Below are positions 16,584 through 28,669 of a stretch of DNA of 64,000 nucleotides, one piece after another. Each line of letters begins with the position of its first letter. Positions within the stretch are counted from its first letter, which is position 1. The stretch is from positions 176,700,001-176,764,000 of the forward strand of contig OZ024743.1 of the NCBI GenBank assembly GCA_964016885.1, read 5' to 3'. The notes beneath the pieces are model-generated. The model made no database searches. It worked only from the letters and a program-made list of their open reading frames with translations, and was not told the DNA's origin. The stretch comes from Eledone cirrhosa (Eukaryota). Both the position numbers and the translations under genes were made by a program.

Positions 16584-18440
16584 TTAATTGTAAGTTGTGA
16601 TGTAGCTGTTCCACTCATATTTTCTATTTAATTTTGGTTGTAATTCTTTTATGTTTATTGCCTCTGTAATTTGTCTAAACATTGCGTCTTTTCTGTGTGT
16701 AGATTCTATTTTTATATCTATGTTCTCTAATTTACCCTTGTGTTCTATTTTAGCATGTTGGTAGAGTACAGATGATTCTTTATTATCTTGAAGGTCTCGC
16801 CAGTGTTCATTTATCCGTTCCCCTACACTACGAGCTGTCTCACCTATGTACACTATATTTTTGTCTGTACATTGTCCTTCAGTACATCTTATGGTATACA
16901 CTACATTTATAGTTTTACAGTTAATATGGGGGATTATTTTACAGGTTATACATTTCTTATCTATACATGAGGGTCTTTGAAAAGGGTATATCTTGCTAAT
17001 AAGTGTTTTTACGGAGGTACCTGGTCTTTCTACTATCTTAATATTGAGTTTATGTTTATTTAGGGCCCTTCTAAATTTGTAAGCTAATTCACCTCTAGGC
17101 GTTGTATCGATGAACGTTACACTCTGGTATTTATTGCTATCATACCATGAGTTTATTCTATTAGCCTTGTTCCTAGTTCTTTCTATTCTATTCCAAAATT
17201 TGCTCCTATACAAGGGGCAGGTCCCATTTATGTCATTATTTACCATTTTTTCCCATTTGGTTCTGGCTCCTCTATACACTCTGATTTTATCTCTCTGATT
17301 GTAGCCAGAGAACTGCATACGATGGATGAAGTGTTGTATGTGTCTCTCTAGTTCTTCGGGGTTGCACATGCGGGACACATTTCTCATCACCCGTACCAAA
17401 TCCGCAATCAGTATGTTGATTTTGGTATGGTCCGAAACGGCCGAGTTTCGGTGGATCAGATGTTTGGAAGTAATGGGTTTGGCATAATGGGAATGGAGGA
17501 TTTGTTTTTTGTTGTTAATGGTATCTAACTAGAGCTCTGTGTCTAGTACAGGTAAACGATGGTTGGGGTGTTTACTTGGGTAGTCTATAGTAACTCTAAT
17601 GCTCTGGTGGATGGAGTTTGCTATTTGCTGGATGCTTTCCATTGTGTTTTTCTCTAGTTCCTGACTGTTCTCTAGTGGGGGTGTCTTAACTACGATGTTT
17701 ATATCATCAACGTAGCGGGAGCATACCATCAGGGCCAAGGGGTCCTCCAACCGTTCTTTAAGTCCAAGTTTAAGTCTACTGTCCCACCATACCATGAATA
17801 AGTTAGCTATGTCGCCTGCAATGCTAACACCAATGGCTGCTCCTTCCTCTTGGGCATATGTTTTTCCATTAAATTTGAACATATGTTCCCCAAGGGTTAG
17901 TTTTATGCTGGCCCCTACCGCATGTGCAATCATTTTCTTCAGTTCATCGTGGTTTTCGGGTGTCCGTATGGCTCTGGTCCACCCGTTCCATCTATCTGTG
18001 TGGGTTTTCTTGGCCATTGAGGTAATGGTAGGTGGTCTGCCTCTTGCTGGTCTTATAGGGCACATGTTGCTAAGGTCATATGTGTCCAGGCAACTATTAC
18101 TATAGGTAAGCTTAAGTAGGAGTCCCAGCTCACTGGTATCAATCCCACGGAACTCAACCTTGCTCTCACTGATCATTTCTACGCATTTCTCCACAGCAAA
18201 ATCCACGTCAATACATGGATACAGGGACACAACATCCATACTGCCTATTATGCAGTTTGTTAGGTCCCTAGATCGGTCACCCACGCCGATTCCGCTGAGG
18301 AGGTCCTCCGTGCTGTCACATACATCTGCGGACATTTCAATGATGGGGCGTATGATCAGGGAGAGGAAGTAGGACAGTCTGTAGTTACTAGCAATGTTAG
18401 CTCCACAGACTGGCCGTGTTGGTGGTCCCGCGACAGGGTC
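16584..18440 (-). pseudogene. PLE RT + GIY-YIG ORF split by a nonsense codon
   Basis: ORFs 17529-18335 and 16584-17399 are in frame; TAG at 17529-17531 replaces the TGG (Trp) of the right copy. Confidence 0.9.
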
Positions 18441-18446
18441 ATTGAA

Positions 18447-20198
18447 ATGTCCGCAGATGTATGTGACAGCACCGAGGACCTCCTCAGCGGAATCGGCGTG
18501 GGTGACCGATCTAGGGACCTAACAAACTGCATAATAGGCAGTATGGATGTTGTGTCCCTGTATCCATGTATTGACGTGGATTTTGCTGTGGAGAAATGCG
18601 TAGAAATGATCAGTGAGAGCAAGGTTGAGTTCTGTGGGATTGATACCAGTGAGCTGGGACACCTACTTAAGCTTACCTATAGTAATAGTTGCCTGGACAC
18701 ATATGACCTTAGCAACATGTGCCCTATAAGACCAGCAAGAGGCAGACCACCTACCATTACCTCAATCGCCAAGAAAACCCACACAGATAGATGGAACGGG
18801 TGGACCAGAGCCATACGGACACCCGAAAACCACGATGAACTGAAGAAAATGATTGCACATGCGGTAGGGGCCAGCATAAAACTAACCCTTGGGGAACATA
18901 TGTTCAAATTTAATGGAAAAACATATGCCCAAGAGGAAGGAGCAGCCATTGGTGTTAGCATTGCAGGCGACATAGCTAACTTATTCATGGTATGGTGGGA
19001 CAGTAGACTTAAACTTGGACTTAAAGAACGGTTGGAGGACCCCTTGGCCCTGATGTTGTGCTCCCGCTATGTTGATGATATAAACATCGTAGTTAAGACA
19101 CCCCCACTAGATAACAGTCAGGAACTAGAGAAAAACACAATGGAAAGCATCCAGCAAATAGCAAACTCCATCCACCAGAGCATTAGAGTTACTATAGAGT
19201 ATCCAAGTAAACACCCCAACCATCGTTTACCTGTACTAGACACAGAGCTCTGGTTAGATACCATTAACAACAAAAAACAAATCCTCCATTCCCATTATGC
19301 CAAACCCATTACTTCCAAACATCTGATCCACCGAAACTCGGCCGTTTCGGACCATACCAAAATCAACATACTGATTGCGGATTTGGTACGGGTGATGAGA
19401 AATGTGTCCCGCATGTGCAACCTCGAAGAACTAGAGAGACACATACAACACTTCATCCACCGTATGCAGTTCTCTGGCTACAATCAGAGAGATAAAATCA
19501 GAGTGTATAGAGGGGCCAGAACCAAATGGGAAAAAATGGTAAATAATGACATAAATGGGACCTGCCCCTTGTATAGGAGCAAATTTTGGAATAGAATAGA
19601 AAGAACTAGGAACAAGGCTAATAGAATAAACTCATGGTATGATAGCAATAAATACCAGAGTGTAATGTTCATCGATACAACCCCTAGAGGCGAATTAGCT
19701 TACAAATTTAGAAGGGCCCTAAATAAACATAAACTCAATATTAAGATAGTAGAAAGACCAGGTACCTCCGTAAAAACACTTATTAGCAAGACATACCCTT
19801 TTCAAAGACCCTCATGTATAGATAAGAAATGTATAACCTGTAAAATAAGCCCCCATATTAACTGTAAAACTATAAATGTAGTGTATAGCATAAGATGTAC
19901 TGAAGGACAATGTACAGACAAAAATATAGTGTACATAGGTGAGACAGCTCGTAGTGTAGGGGAACGGATAAATGAACACTGGCGAGACCTTCAAGATAGT
20001 AAAGAATCATCTGTACTCTACCAACATGCTAAAATAGAACACAAGGGTAAATTAGAGAACATAGAAATAAAAATAGAATCTACACACAGAAAAAACGCAA
20101 TGTTTAGACAAATTACAGAGGCAATAAACATAAAAGAATTACAACCAAAATTAAATAGAAAATATGAGTGGAACAGCAACATCACAACTTACAATTAA
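18447..20198 (+). CDS. PLE reverse transcriptase + C-terminal GIY-YIG endonuclease (open frame but N-terminally truncated; the ATG is an internal Met)
   Basis: RT motifs GSMDVVSLYP, QEEGAAIG, RYVDD, LPVLD. Cys linker CxxxxCxxC (Neptune/Nematis-type, clade not resolved). EN motifs VVYSIRC..C..VYIGETARSVGERINEH..LYQH and EAINI..P.LN. Confidence 0.9.
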   Translation: MSADVCDSTEDLLSGIGVGDRSRDLTNCIIGSMDVVSLYPCIDVDFAVEKCVEMISESKVEFCGIDTSELGHLLKLTYSNSCLDTYDLSNMCPIRPARGRPPTITSIAKKTHTDRWNGWTRAIRTPENHDELKKMIAHAVGASIKLTLGEHMFKFNGKTYAQEEGAAIGVSIAGDIANLFMVWWDSRLKLGLKERLEDPLALMLCSRYVDDINIVVKTPPLDNSQELEKNTMESIQQIANSIHQSIRVTIEYPSKHPNHRLPVLDTELWLDTINNKKQILHSHYAKPITSKHLIHRNSAVSDHTKINILIADLVRVMRNVSRMCNLEELERHIQHFIHRMQFSGYNQRDKIRVYRGARTKWEKMVNNDINGTCPLYRSKFWNRIERTRNKANRINSWYDSNKYQSVMFIDTTPRGELAYKFRRALNKHKLNIKIVERPGTSVKTLISKTYPFQRPSCIDKKCITCKISPHINCKTINVVYSIRCTEGQCTDKNIVYIGETARSVGERINEHWRDLQDSKESSVLYQHAKIEHKGKLENIEIKIESTHRKNAMFRQITEAINIKELQPKLNRKYEWNSNITTYN

Positions 20199-20401
20199 GG
20201 ACAAAATAAAAACACACACACACACATAGAACAAACAACCAACCAGTAACATGTAAATAAACAAATAAATAAATGAACATAAAGACACACAGACACCCGG
20301 ATGTGGCGCATGCGCAGACTGAGCACACAACACACACACAGAAACAAAATGGCGTAGGACAGAACAAAGGAGAGGCACAGAAACAAAGAAAGGAATCCCC
20401 A

Positions 20402-20444
20402 GTCACTGAAGAGGTCACAGAGTGTGTGACGAAAGAACTATGAC
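20402..20444 (+). ncRNA. Type I hammerhead ribozyme in the PLE pseudo-LTR
   Basis: GTCA-CTGAAGA-G-GTCACA gagtg TGTGAC-GAAA-GAAC-TA-TGAC; predicted cleavage after 20440. Confidence 0.85.
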
Positions 20445-20590
20445 AATATATAAACAACTATCTGGTTGTGGAACCAACCAACCAACCAGAAATTTATAAA
20501 TTTATAAATTTATAAATTTATTATAATAAATTGAAGTGAAAGCAACTGGTGCGTGTGTTTCTTATTGGCAACATGACCCTCCCAAAGTAT

Positions 20591-20666
<76 letters not shown>

Positions 20667-20668
<2 letters not shown>

Positions 20669-20844
20669 GAACCAGTAAGACCCCGACAGCTGAGCTCAAG
20701 CCGTTTCGACGGCGAATTAGCCGTCGAAACGGCTTGAGCTCAGCTGTCGGGGTCTTACTGGTTCCTATTACCCACTCTACTACCTCAAGTATTGAGTACT
20801 TTGGTGCGTTATGGTCCACCTGGTTCCTTACCACATTTCCTTCG

Positions 20845-20847
<3 letters not shown>
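20667..20847. mobile_element. Short non-coding fold-back element inserted in (TA)n
   Basis: 46-bp inverted arms around loop GAATTA (20714-20719); longer right arm ends CCTTCGT-(TA)n. Same family recurs at 38152-38477. Confidence 0.8.
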
Positions 20848-20905
<58 letters not shown>

Positions 20906-22857
20906 GAAAATCAAATTTCCGGAACCGTATATTTACTTAGCATGAATAACCAAAGAGGTTTAAAAAAGGTAAGTTAATTAGGTAGGGGTGGATAGATTTA
21001 TTCTTAGGTAGTTGGATTTCGGTAGGTAGCTAAGTGGTTATGTAGGTAGCAAGGTGGGTGGGTGGCTAGGTGGATGGTGGGTGAGTGGGTAGGTGAATAT
21101 GTTGGTAGCTGGGTATGCTGGTATATAGGTAGGTTTATTGGTACGTATGTGGGTAAATAAGTAGGTATTTTGGTAGGTAGGCAGGTAGGTATTATGTAGG
21201 TCGCTAGAGGGTATGTAGGTGTGGACAGATGGAGAGATAAACAGGTAGGTACGTGGGTAATTAGGTAGATAAGTGGTGGGTAGGTGCGTAATTATCTACA
21301 AAGATAAGGAAGAAGATATATAATGAAGAGGCGGATGTAAGTTATATACTGGTTAGGAATACAATATGGAGGTTGGGGGTATCAGAGAAGAAAAGGAAAA
21401 GAGGTTGTTGGAAGAGTTAGGGTGGGAAACGGGTATCAAGAGGAGTAGGAGGAAAAGAGGGGAGGATGAAGTAAAGAGGGAGATTGAAAGAGGAAAGCGG
21501 AGAGAGGGAAGAAGGGATGGGAGTAAAGGAGGAGCGGAGTAGAGCGGATAGGAGTTGGGGCAGAGAGGTGAGGAGGTGAAGGGCAGGAAGGAGAGTGGGG
21601 GTGAAAGGAGAGGAAGAAGGTGAGAAAGAAGGAGAGAGATCAATAAAGTGGAATCAATGTAGAATGTTAGATAATTAAGGAAGTAGATTGTTTGATAGAT
21701 AACAATATTAAGATGCACGCGCATGCACTGTCACACCCACTCACTAATACGTCATAGTTATTACATATATAATCAATAATAAATAAGCAAAACTACAAAC
21801 ATTTAAAATCGCTTTATATTTTCATTAGAGTTACCCCCTTCCTTTCTAACACTATTTCACTGCTCCCTGATTTTAACAATTTCACCATGGAATAAAGTTA
21901 GCTTCCCATATTGGTTTAACTGAGAAATGAGGAACCTGCAGCTTTAAGGAGCATGCGGCCTTCTATGCCATTTCATGCAGCTTTTAGAAAGAATGAAAAT
22001 TTCGAAGAATTTTTTTTTATTAATATGTTTTTCTCTATCTCTTATTATTTCAATTTACACCATGAAACGAACATAGATAATTAGTAGATAGTAATTAGAT
22101 GTTTACACACTTTTAAGAATATATAATTATGGTTTTTTGAACGCGGCCTTGTTATACTACAAGTAACTTAATGTAAGTTTTCAACATGAAATGGTTCCCT
22201 ACCTTTGGTATAACTATTAACATGCTGTAATGATTTAACAGAATATTCAACGGGTTTATTATTCAAATGTTAGTAGTATGTTTTCTGGTGAAATTTTGTG
22301 AAAATCTGCAGTAAATTAAACTAATGACTCCAATTTTTAAAGTGATATAGTCATAATACTATTTTGTATTTTTCAAGAATGTCTTGCAAATAAAGATTCA
22401 TGTAATACTGTAATAATTTAGTAGAAGATATCCAAAAGCAGGTTTGGTAATTCAAATATCTGTAGTATTTTTACAAGTAGACAGATTGTTCGGAAATGTG
22501 CAGCAAACTAAAGTGAAAACTTTTAATTTTTAATTTAATGCTATCTTAGTGCTGTTTTGTTCTTTTCAAACATATCTTCTTTGTAACTTGGTTTCATGGG
22601 AGGTGGAATGTAAAGAGTTAAATTATTATGAAATCATAACATCATTTAAAAAAAAAAATCATTAAACAAATGTTTGACTTCACCTTCAGTTCTTATATTT
22701 AGGTTTTTCCCGTGTTTTAACTTACCAAAATATTTGTCCGGAAAGTTGATATATTTTGTAATCTTATCCTCTATTTTCATTATCCTGATAAATCATAAAT
22801 TAATACAAGTATTTATTCGTTAGTAATCTAACCTTTTCATTAAAAATATAAGTATTT

Positions 22858-23212
22858 CTCTCTTCTTCTTCGCCCACTTATTCTTGAGGGGTCGTGGGGA
22901 CAGAGTCCTCAAAACTCCCTCCAGCGGGCCCTGTCGGAAGCAACCGTTTCCAACTGATCCGCCTGAATGCCCAAGCGAGACCAGCTAACCATCTTGCTCG
23001 GGGTCTACCTCTAGGTCTCTTGCCGGTTGGTTTTGTCCGTAAAATCTGTCCAACGATTCTTTTATGAGACATTCTAACCAGATGCCCATAATATCAGAGC
23101 TGTGATCTCTCAATTCGCAAAAGTAGAGTCTCTACCTGAAGAGACTCACTGATCTCTGAGCTACGCATTGTTATATAATAGGGTCATTCCAAAGACCCTT
23201 CGGAGGAACCTA
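22858..23212 (-). mobile_element. RTE-clade LINE 3' fragment
   Basis: Translates GHLVRMSHKRIVGQILRTKPTGKRPRGRPRARW, a typical RTE C-terminus; short (GAA)n tail. Confidence 0.7.
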
Positions 23213-23339
23213 AAATATAAGTTTTGCTTGAAGTATTCTACTTTACTGCAAACTGGCATTGAGTTCAAAATTAACCGATGATTTTAAACCAAGGAAACAG
23301 ATCTATTCCTGTAAAAGTCATTTCTATATGGATATATAT

Positions 23340-23478
<139 letters not shown>

Positions 23479-23599
23479 AATAATAAATGTGAAGACTAAA
23501 ATCCAAAGAGGGCTCGATAAGCGATTCTTTGCTTAAACTTTAATCGGTTATTTTAATATATATATATATATTAGGAAAATCTGCTTCGTAGAATCAAGA

Positions 23600-23691
23600 C
23601 GTATCTGAGGACCTTGCGATTTTCAGAGTCAGGTTCGATCATGACATCGATCGTGACTCGAGCTGGTCGCCAGAGAAACGATTGTAATATG
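23600..23691 (+). ncRNA. Type I hammerhead ribozyme with extended helix II
   Basis: CGTAT-CTGAGGA-[~63-nt stem incl. GCGA/TCGC and GAGTCA/TGACTC]-GAAA-CGATTG-TA-ATATG. Unit lies between (TA)n tracts; paralog at 29240. Confidence 0.7.
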
Positions 23692-23815
23692 TTCAATAAA
23701 TTCCATTCGTCGCAACACTGATTCTCTTTTTTTCTGTGATATCATACTCTGCTCTATGAGAGCATCGAGTGCTCAAACGGCCGACCGCATACGGACGCTT
23801 TAAGCATCCAACACC

Positions 23816-23873
<58 letters not shown>

Positions 23874-23875
<2 letters not shown>

Positions 23876-24052
23876 AAGGCGGGTAAAATTCCCGAGATCT
23901 ATGGACGAGTGCTCTCCAGCGGTCTCTGTCCCTCCTTATCGCTGCCATATCCTGCATCTCCAACAGACCAGTGTCTGTCCTTAGGGCATCAACATATGTT
24001 AACCTTGGTCTTCCTCTTCTAGTGTGTCCATGTAGGGGCATATAGAAATGAC
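23874..24052 (-). mobile_element. RTE-like LINE 3' fragment between (TA)n tracts
   Basis: PLHGHTRRGRPRLTYVDALRTDTGL..MAAIRRDRDRWRALV. Confidence 0.65.
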
Positions 24053-24108
24053 ATATATATATATACAATATATTAACAAATGGAAACTATATTTATAAAA
24101 CTATATTT

Positions 24109-24172
24109 ATTTCATTATACATATTTCAAGGGCCACCAAGGCAAACAATGGTGCGCTTTCATCAGATAAAAT
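24109..24172 (-). ncRNA. Type I hammerhead ribozyme
   Basis: Minus strand ATTTTAT-CTGATGA-AAGCGCACCA..TGGTGGCCCTT-GAAA-TATGTA-TA-ATGAAAT; same family as 63690 (shared upstream TCAGGGTATGTCA and helix III). Confidence 0.75.
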
Positions 24173-24652
24173 ATAATATAGGTTAGTTTTATAAATCAAT
24201 ATTGACATACCCTGAAAAAATGCAACCATTCTGGTTGGAATCTCCACACACACATAACCGTTATGTGTGTAAATATTGACATAACCTTTTTTCAGGGTAT
24301 GTCAATATTTACTCCAATAATTTGTTGAGTGCTTTATATCAGTTATAAAAATATTTTGCTTGTTGTATCCAACAAATTAAATATAACCTCTACATATATA
24401 TATATATACAGATCAGAGCAAATTAAATATAACCTCTACATATATATATATATATACAGATCAGAGCAAACAGCACGGACACTCTATCTCAAAATTATTT
24501 TTGAAAAGCATTTAGAAATGCGCAACCGGTAAAAACTTAAAAACTTAAAACCACAACTGAATACTAACCCATACAATCACTAATACTCTTTTATTCCTAA
24601 TTAAACCATTTTTCAACTGTGAACAATTTGTCAGCATTTTCTATTCCGTTTA

Positions 24653-24696
<44 letters not shown>

Positions 24697-24892
24697 TATA
24701 TATATATATATATATATAGATATAGATAGGTAAATATACACGGGTGTGTATGATTGTGTATAGAAGATTATATTAATAAGAGGAATTCCAACTTTGTCTG
24801 ATTTACTCGTTTTATTTACAATCCTTTAAAATATATATAATATGGTATTATAATGAAATAGTATGATAGAATATTAAATTCTAAGTGTTAAT

Positions 24893-24931
24893 TGAACAAG
24901 TACTTTCATGCTTTCGCAATCTTCAGGTTCA
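24893..24931 (-). ncRNA. Type I hammerhead ribozyme (mirror copy)
   Basis: Reverse complement of 25017-25055. Confidence 0.8.
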
Positions 24932-25016
24932 TGATATGTGGTGACAGTCGAGTTTGCAATTTTCAACTGTGATTTTCACAGTTGAAAATTGCAAACTCGA
25001 CTGTCACCACATATCA

Positions 25017-25055
25017 TGAACCTGAAGATTGCGAAAGCATGAAAGTACTTGTTCA
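25017..25055 (+). ncRNA. Minimal type I hammerhead ribozyme
   Basis: TGAAC-CTGAAGA-T-TGC gaaa GCA-T-GAAA-GTAC-TT-GTTCA: 5-bp helix I, palindromic AGTACT helix III, CUU triplet. Confidence 0.8.
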
Positions 25056-25171
25056 ATTAACACTTAGAATTTAATATTCTATCATACTATTTCATTATAA
25101 TACCATATTATATATATTTTAAAGGATTGTAAATAAAACGAGTAAATCAGACAAAGTTGGAATTCCTCTTA

Positions 25172-25211
<40 letters not shown>

Positions 25212-25396
25212 TTTTCCCTGGATTTCACTAAATTCTGTGGATGAATCTATATCCTGATTCTTTTTGAATTGAGTTTGAATTATTTTCCCACATCTTACGT
25301 TAACTATTTTTCCATTTTGACGCTATAGTCACTTATATATTATGAAATACTGTTGGCTTCTTGCTACAATACTTTCTATACTTTTCATTTATATAT

Positions 25397-25475
<79 letters not shown>

Positions 25476-25744
25476 CGAATAAAGTCTGAGAAATTAATGC
25501 CATTATTGGTTGACTGATTGACTAGTTGAATGGTTGAATGGTTGAATGGTTGATCGGATGAGATTGAAAGACAATTCTATAGTGAGATAAAAAGCAAAGT
25601 TTCATGAGAGAGAGTAGAGAGAGAGCGAGATGGTGAAGAGAGAGAGAGATGGTGGAGAGAGGGGATGGGGAGAGAGACTGACAGGTTATGCAATTTGTCT
25701 GTTGATGTGATCATGTTTGTCTTCGTTAACATGTGTCTGTGAAT

Positions 25745-26957
25745 ATGTATATGCGGTTATGTGTGTGTATATGCGGTTATGTGTGTGTATATGGGATTAT
25801 GTGTGTGTATATAGGATTATGTGTGTGTATATGCGGTTATATGTGTGTATATGCGGTTATATGTGTGTATATGCGGTTATATGTGTGTATATGCGGTTAT
25901 CTGTGTGTATAAGCGGTTATGTATGTGTAAAAGCGGTTGTGTATGTGTAAAAGCGGTTATGTGTGTGTATATGCGCTTAAGTATGTGTATATGGGGTTAC
26001 GTGTGTTATATGAAGTCATGTATGTGTATATGCGGTTATGTATATGTATATGGGGTTGCGTGTGTGTATATGCGGTTGTGTGTATATGCGGTTATGTGTA
26101 TGTATATGCGGTTATGTGTATGTATATGCGGTTATGTGTGTATGGGATTATGTGTGTGTATATGCACTTATGTATGTGTATATGCGTTTACGTGTGTTAT
26201 ATGCGGTTATGTATGTGTATATGCGTTTATGTATGTGTATATCCAGTTATGTGTGTGTATATGCGGTTATGTGTGTGTATAAGCGGTTATGTGTGTGTAT
26301 ATGCGGTTATGTGTGTGTATATGCGGTTATGTGTGTGTATATGGGGTTATGTATGTGTATATGGGGTTATGTGTGTGTATAAGCGGTTATGTGTGTGTAT
26401 ATAGGGTTATGTGTGTATATAAGCAGTTATGTGTGTGTATATGCGGTTATGTGTGTGTGTATAAGCGGTTATGTGTGTGTATATGCGTTTATGTGTGTTA
26501 TATGAAGTCATGTATGTGTATAAGCGGTTATGTATGTGTATAAGCGGTTATGTATGTGTATAAGCGGTTATGTATGTGTATAAGCGGTTATGTATGTGTA
26601 TAAGCGGTTATGTATGTGTATAAGCGGTTATGTATGTGTATATGCGGTTATGTATGTGTGTAAGCGGTTATGTATGTGTATATGCGGTTATGTATGTGTG
26701 TAAGCGGTTATGTATGTGTATATGCGGTTATGTATGTGTATATGCGGTTATGTATGTGTATAAGCGGTTATGTATGTGTATAAGCGGTTATGTATGTGTA
26801 TATGCGGTTATGTATGTGTGTAAGCGGTTATGTATGTGTATATGCGGTTATGTATGTGTATATGCGGTTATGTATGTGTATAAGCGGTTATGTATGTGTA
26901 TATGCGGTTATGTATGTGTATAAGCGGTTATGTATGTGTATAAGCGGTTATGTATGT
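25745..26957. repeat. 20-bp minisatellite (TAAGCGGTTATGTATGTGTA and variants)
   Basis: Exact 20-bp periodicity at 26521-26957, more degenerate to the left. Confidence 0.93.
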
Positions 26958-28154
26958 GCTTGCCTGTGAGAAAATTTATTCATGGGCATCACCATGATTG
27001 TGGATATATATATATATATATATATATATGAGTTTCTATTAGTGTGTATATAGGTGTGTGGGTGTATGGGTGTATATCTGCGAGTGTAGGTGTGTGTATG
27101 TGTGTGTATGTGTGTGTGTGTGTGAGTGAATGCACGTGTTTGTATTTGCAAGTATTGAATGTTCTTGTATTCGTGCATTTGAAGGTGTGTGCGTGCGTAT
27201 GTATGTGCTTTCTGTGTATATGCGTTTGTTTCTGTGTATGTGTGTTTGTTTCTCTGTATGTGTGTTTGTTTCTCTGTATTTCGTATTTGTATGGGCATGT
27301 GTATGTGTGTGTTAGCATTTCTGTGTGTTTGTGTTCGCGCACTCAATGTGTGGCGACGAATTTGTATGTTCATATATTGTACGTATTTCTTGTTTTACGT
27401 GTGTAAATGTGTATGTAGGTGTGTGTAAACGTGTTGTGGGTGTGTGTAAATGTGTTTGTAGGTGTGTGTTTAAATGTGTTTGTGTGTACAAGTTTGTCTG
27501 TGCATAAATCTGTGTTTGTGTTTCCCTAAGTGCATGTTATAAAAGAATGTAAAATTAAGAAACAACAAAAGCACAAAATTGTATTAAAATATATTTACAA
27601 AAAGAAAGAAAAAAGGTTTACCATGAAATAAGAAGAAGAAAAAAAAACGAAAAAAAAATTGAAATAAACAAAAAAATTACAGATAAATTAAATTAGCAAA
27701 GTTTTTCGTATAGACCTAGTTTTTTGTCTGTATGTCTTACTGTTCCAGGCAAGGAGCGCGAACTTCCTTAGTTTGATTAACTCACACACTTATGACAAAT
27801 TAACAGAAAACAGAGAGTACAGTATAGTCACGTTATATAATGTTTGCCAATTGTTGAAAATCTTTGATTTCTAACCAAAGAAAAGAGGGGGGAAATGTTT
27901 AGCGTTTTGCGTGTCGTTTCTTTCTCCAACTATGATCCGACTACAATAATACCAGCACATGCCTCCAGCTGTCACGTTGCCTGTACGTATAGATTACATT
28001 TTCCCCTAAACACGTAAATTATTTGTGTAAAATGGATTCTGAATTTCATGAAATTGTCTCCGCTTTTTACTGAGCTTGCTGGCGAATACCGTTAAGTTTT
28101 ATTTAACATTATCAGAAAAAAAATTATATGAGTGTGTACGTATATGTATATATA

Positions 28155-28356
28155 CTGGGTGGGCCAAAAGTCACTTCCTATAAAAAAAATTCATAATTTT
28201 TTTTATTATTAATGTATATATTTTCCTTCAAATTAAAATTGAACACAAACAGGATCTAAATATGGAAGAATACACCTCCAAGAAAAATTATATTTAAGTT
28301 AATTTGTAATGTTTTATTAATAAAAATAGGTAAGAAGTGACTTTTGGCCCAGCCTA
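28155..28356. mobile_element. Tc1/mariner-type MITE
   Basis: TIRs CTGGGTGGGCCAAAAGTCACTTC / GAAGTGACTTTTGGCCCAGCCTA, TA on both flanks, AT-rich non-coding interior. Confidence 0.7.
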
Positions 28357-28396
28357 TATATACTCATACGTCTATCTGTTTTCTCCCTATCTGAAC

Positions 28397-28432
28397 TTTC
28401 CTGAAGAAAGACGCCTGTCCGAAACGTTGAAA
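28397..28432 (+). ncRNA. Minimal type I hammerhead (weakened helix II), same family as 15862
   Basis: TTTC-CTGAAGA-AAGAC gcct GTCC-GAAA-CG-TT-GAAA; downstream CTCTTCC..CAAGCG shared with 15901. Confidence 0.6.
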
Positions 28433-28537
28433 CCTCTTCCACTTGCCCCAAGCGAGAACAAAATATAACTGTGTACTTTGCCATCCTGTGTTTTGTTTGT
28501 TTCATTTATTAACTATATATATAAACATGTGTATGTA

Positions 28538-28600
<63 letters not shown>

Positions 28601-28611
28601 GTGTGCGTGTG

Positions 28612-28669
<58 letters not shown>

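Larger units (their letters stand above)
16134..18441 (-). mobile_element. Penelope-like retroelement, left arm of inverted pair (5'-truncated)
   Basis: Reverse complement of 18439-20598. Extends about 95 nt further 5' (reads DPVAGPPTRPVCGANIASNYRLSYFLSLIIRP, RT motif 2 region) and has a longer 3' tail ending at (TA)n/(CA)n. Confidence 0.92.
18439..20595 (+). mobile_element. Penelope-like retroelement, right arm of inverted pair (5'-truncated)
   Basis: ORF plus 3' pseudo-LTR with HHR, terminating directly in a long (TA)n. Confidence 0.92.
24769..25179. repeat. ~204-bp-arm fold-back palindrome between (TA)n tracts, HHR on each arm
   Basis: Arms appear perfectly complementary around a TTT loop at 24973-24975; left arm continues about 45 nt further. 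Confidence 0.92.

Noticed and set aside
16191-20598. Assembly fold-back artefact as explanation for the PLE palindrome
   Set aside because: Arms differ at many sites and have different 5' and 3' end points. The perfect small palindromes still need read confirmation.
23750-23790. HHR-like CTATGA-GAGCA tcgag TGCTC-AAA-CGGCCG
   Set aside because: Both core boxes lack a G and there is no UH triplet; at best a relic.
25209-25392. Dispersed repeat also found at about 53498-53683, ending in (TA)n
   Set aside because: Real similarity, but no ORF, ribozyme or terminal structure visible, so it cannot be classified.
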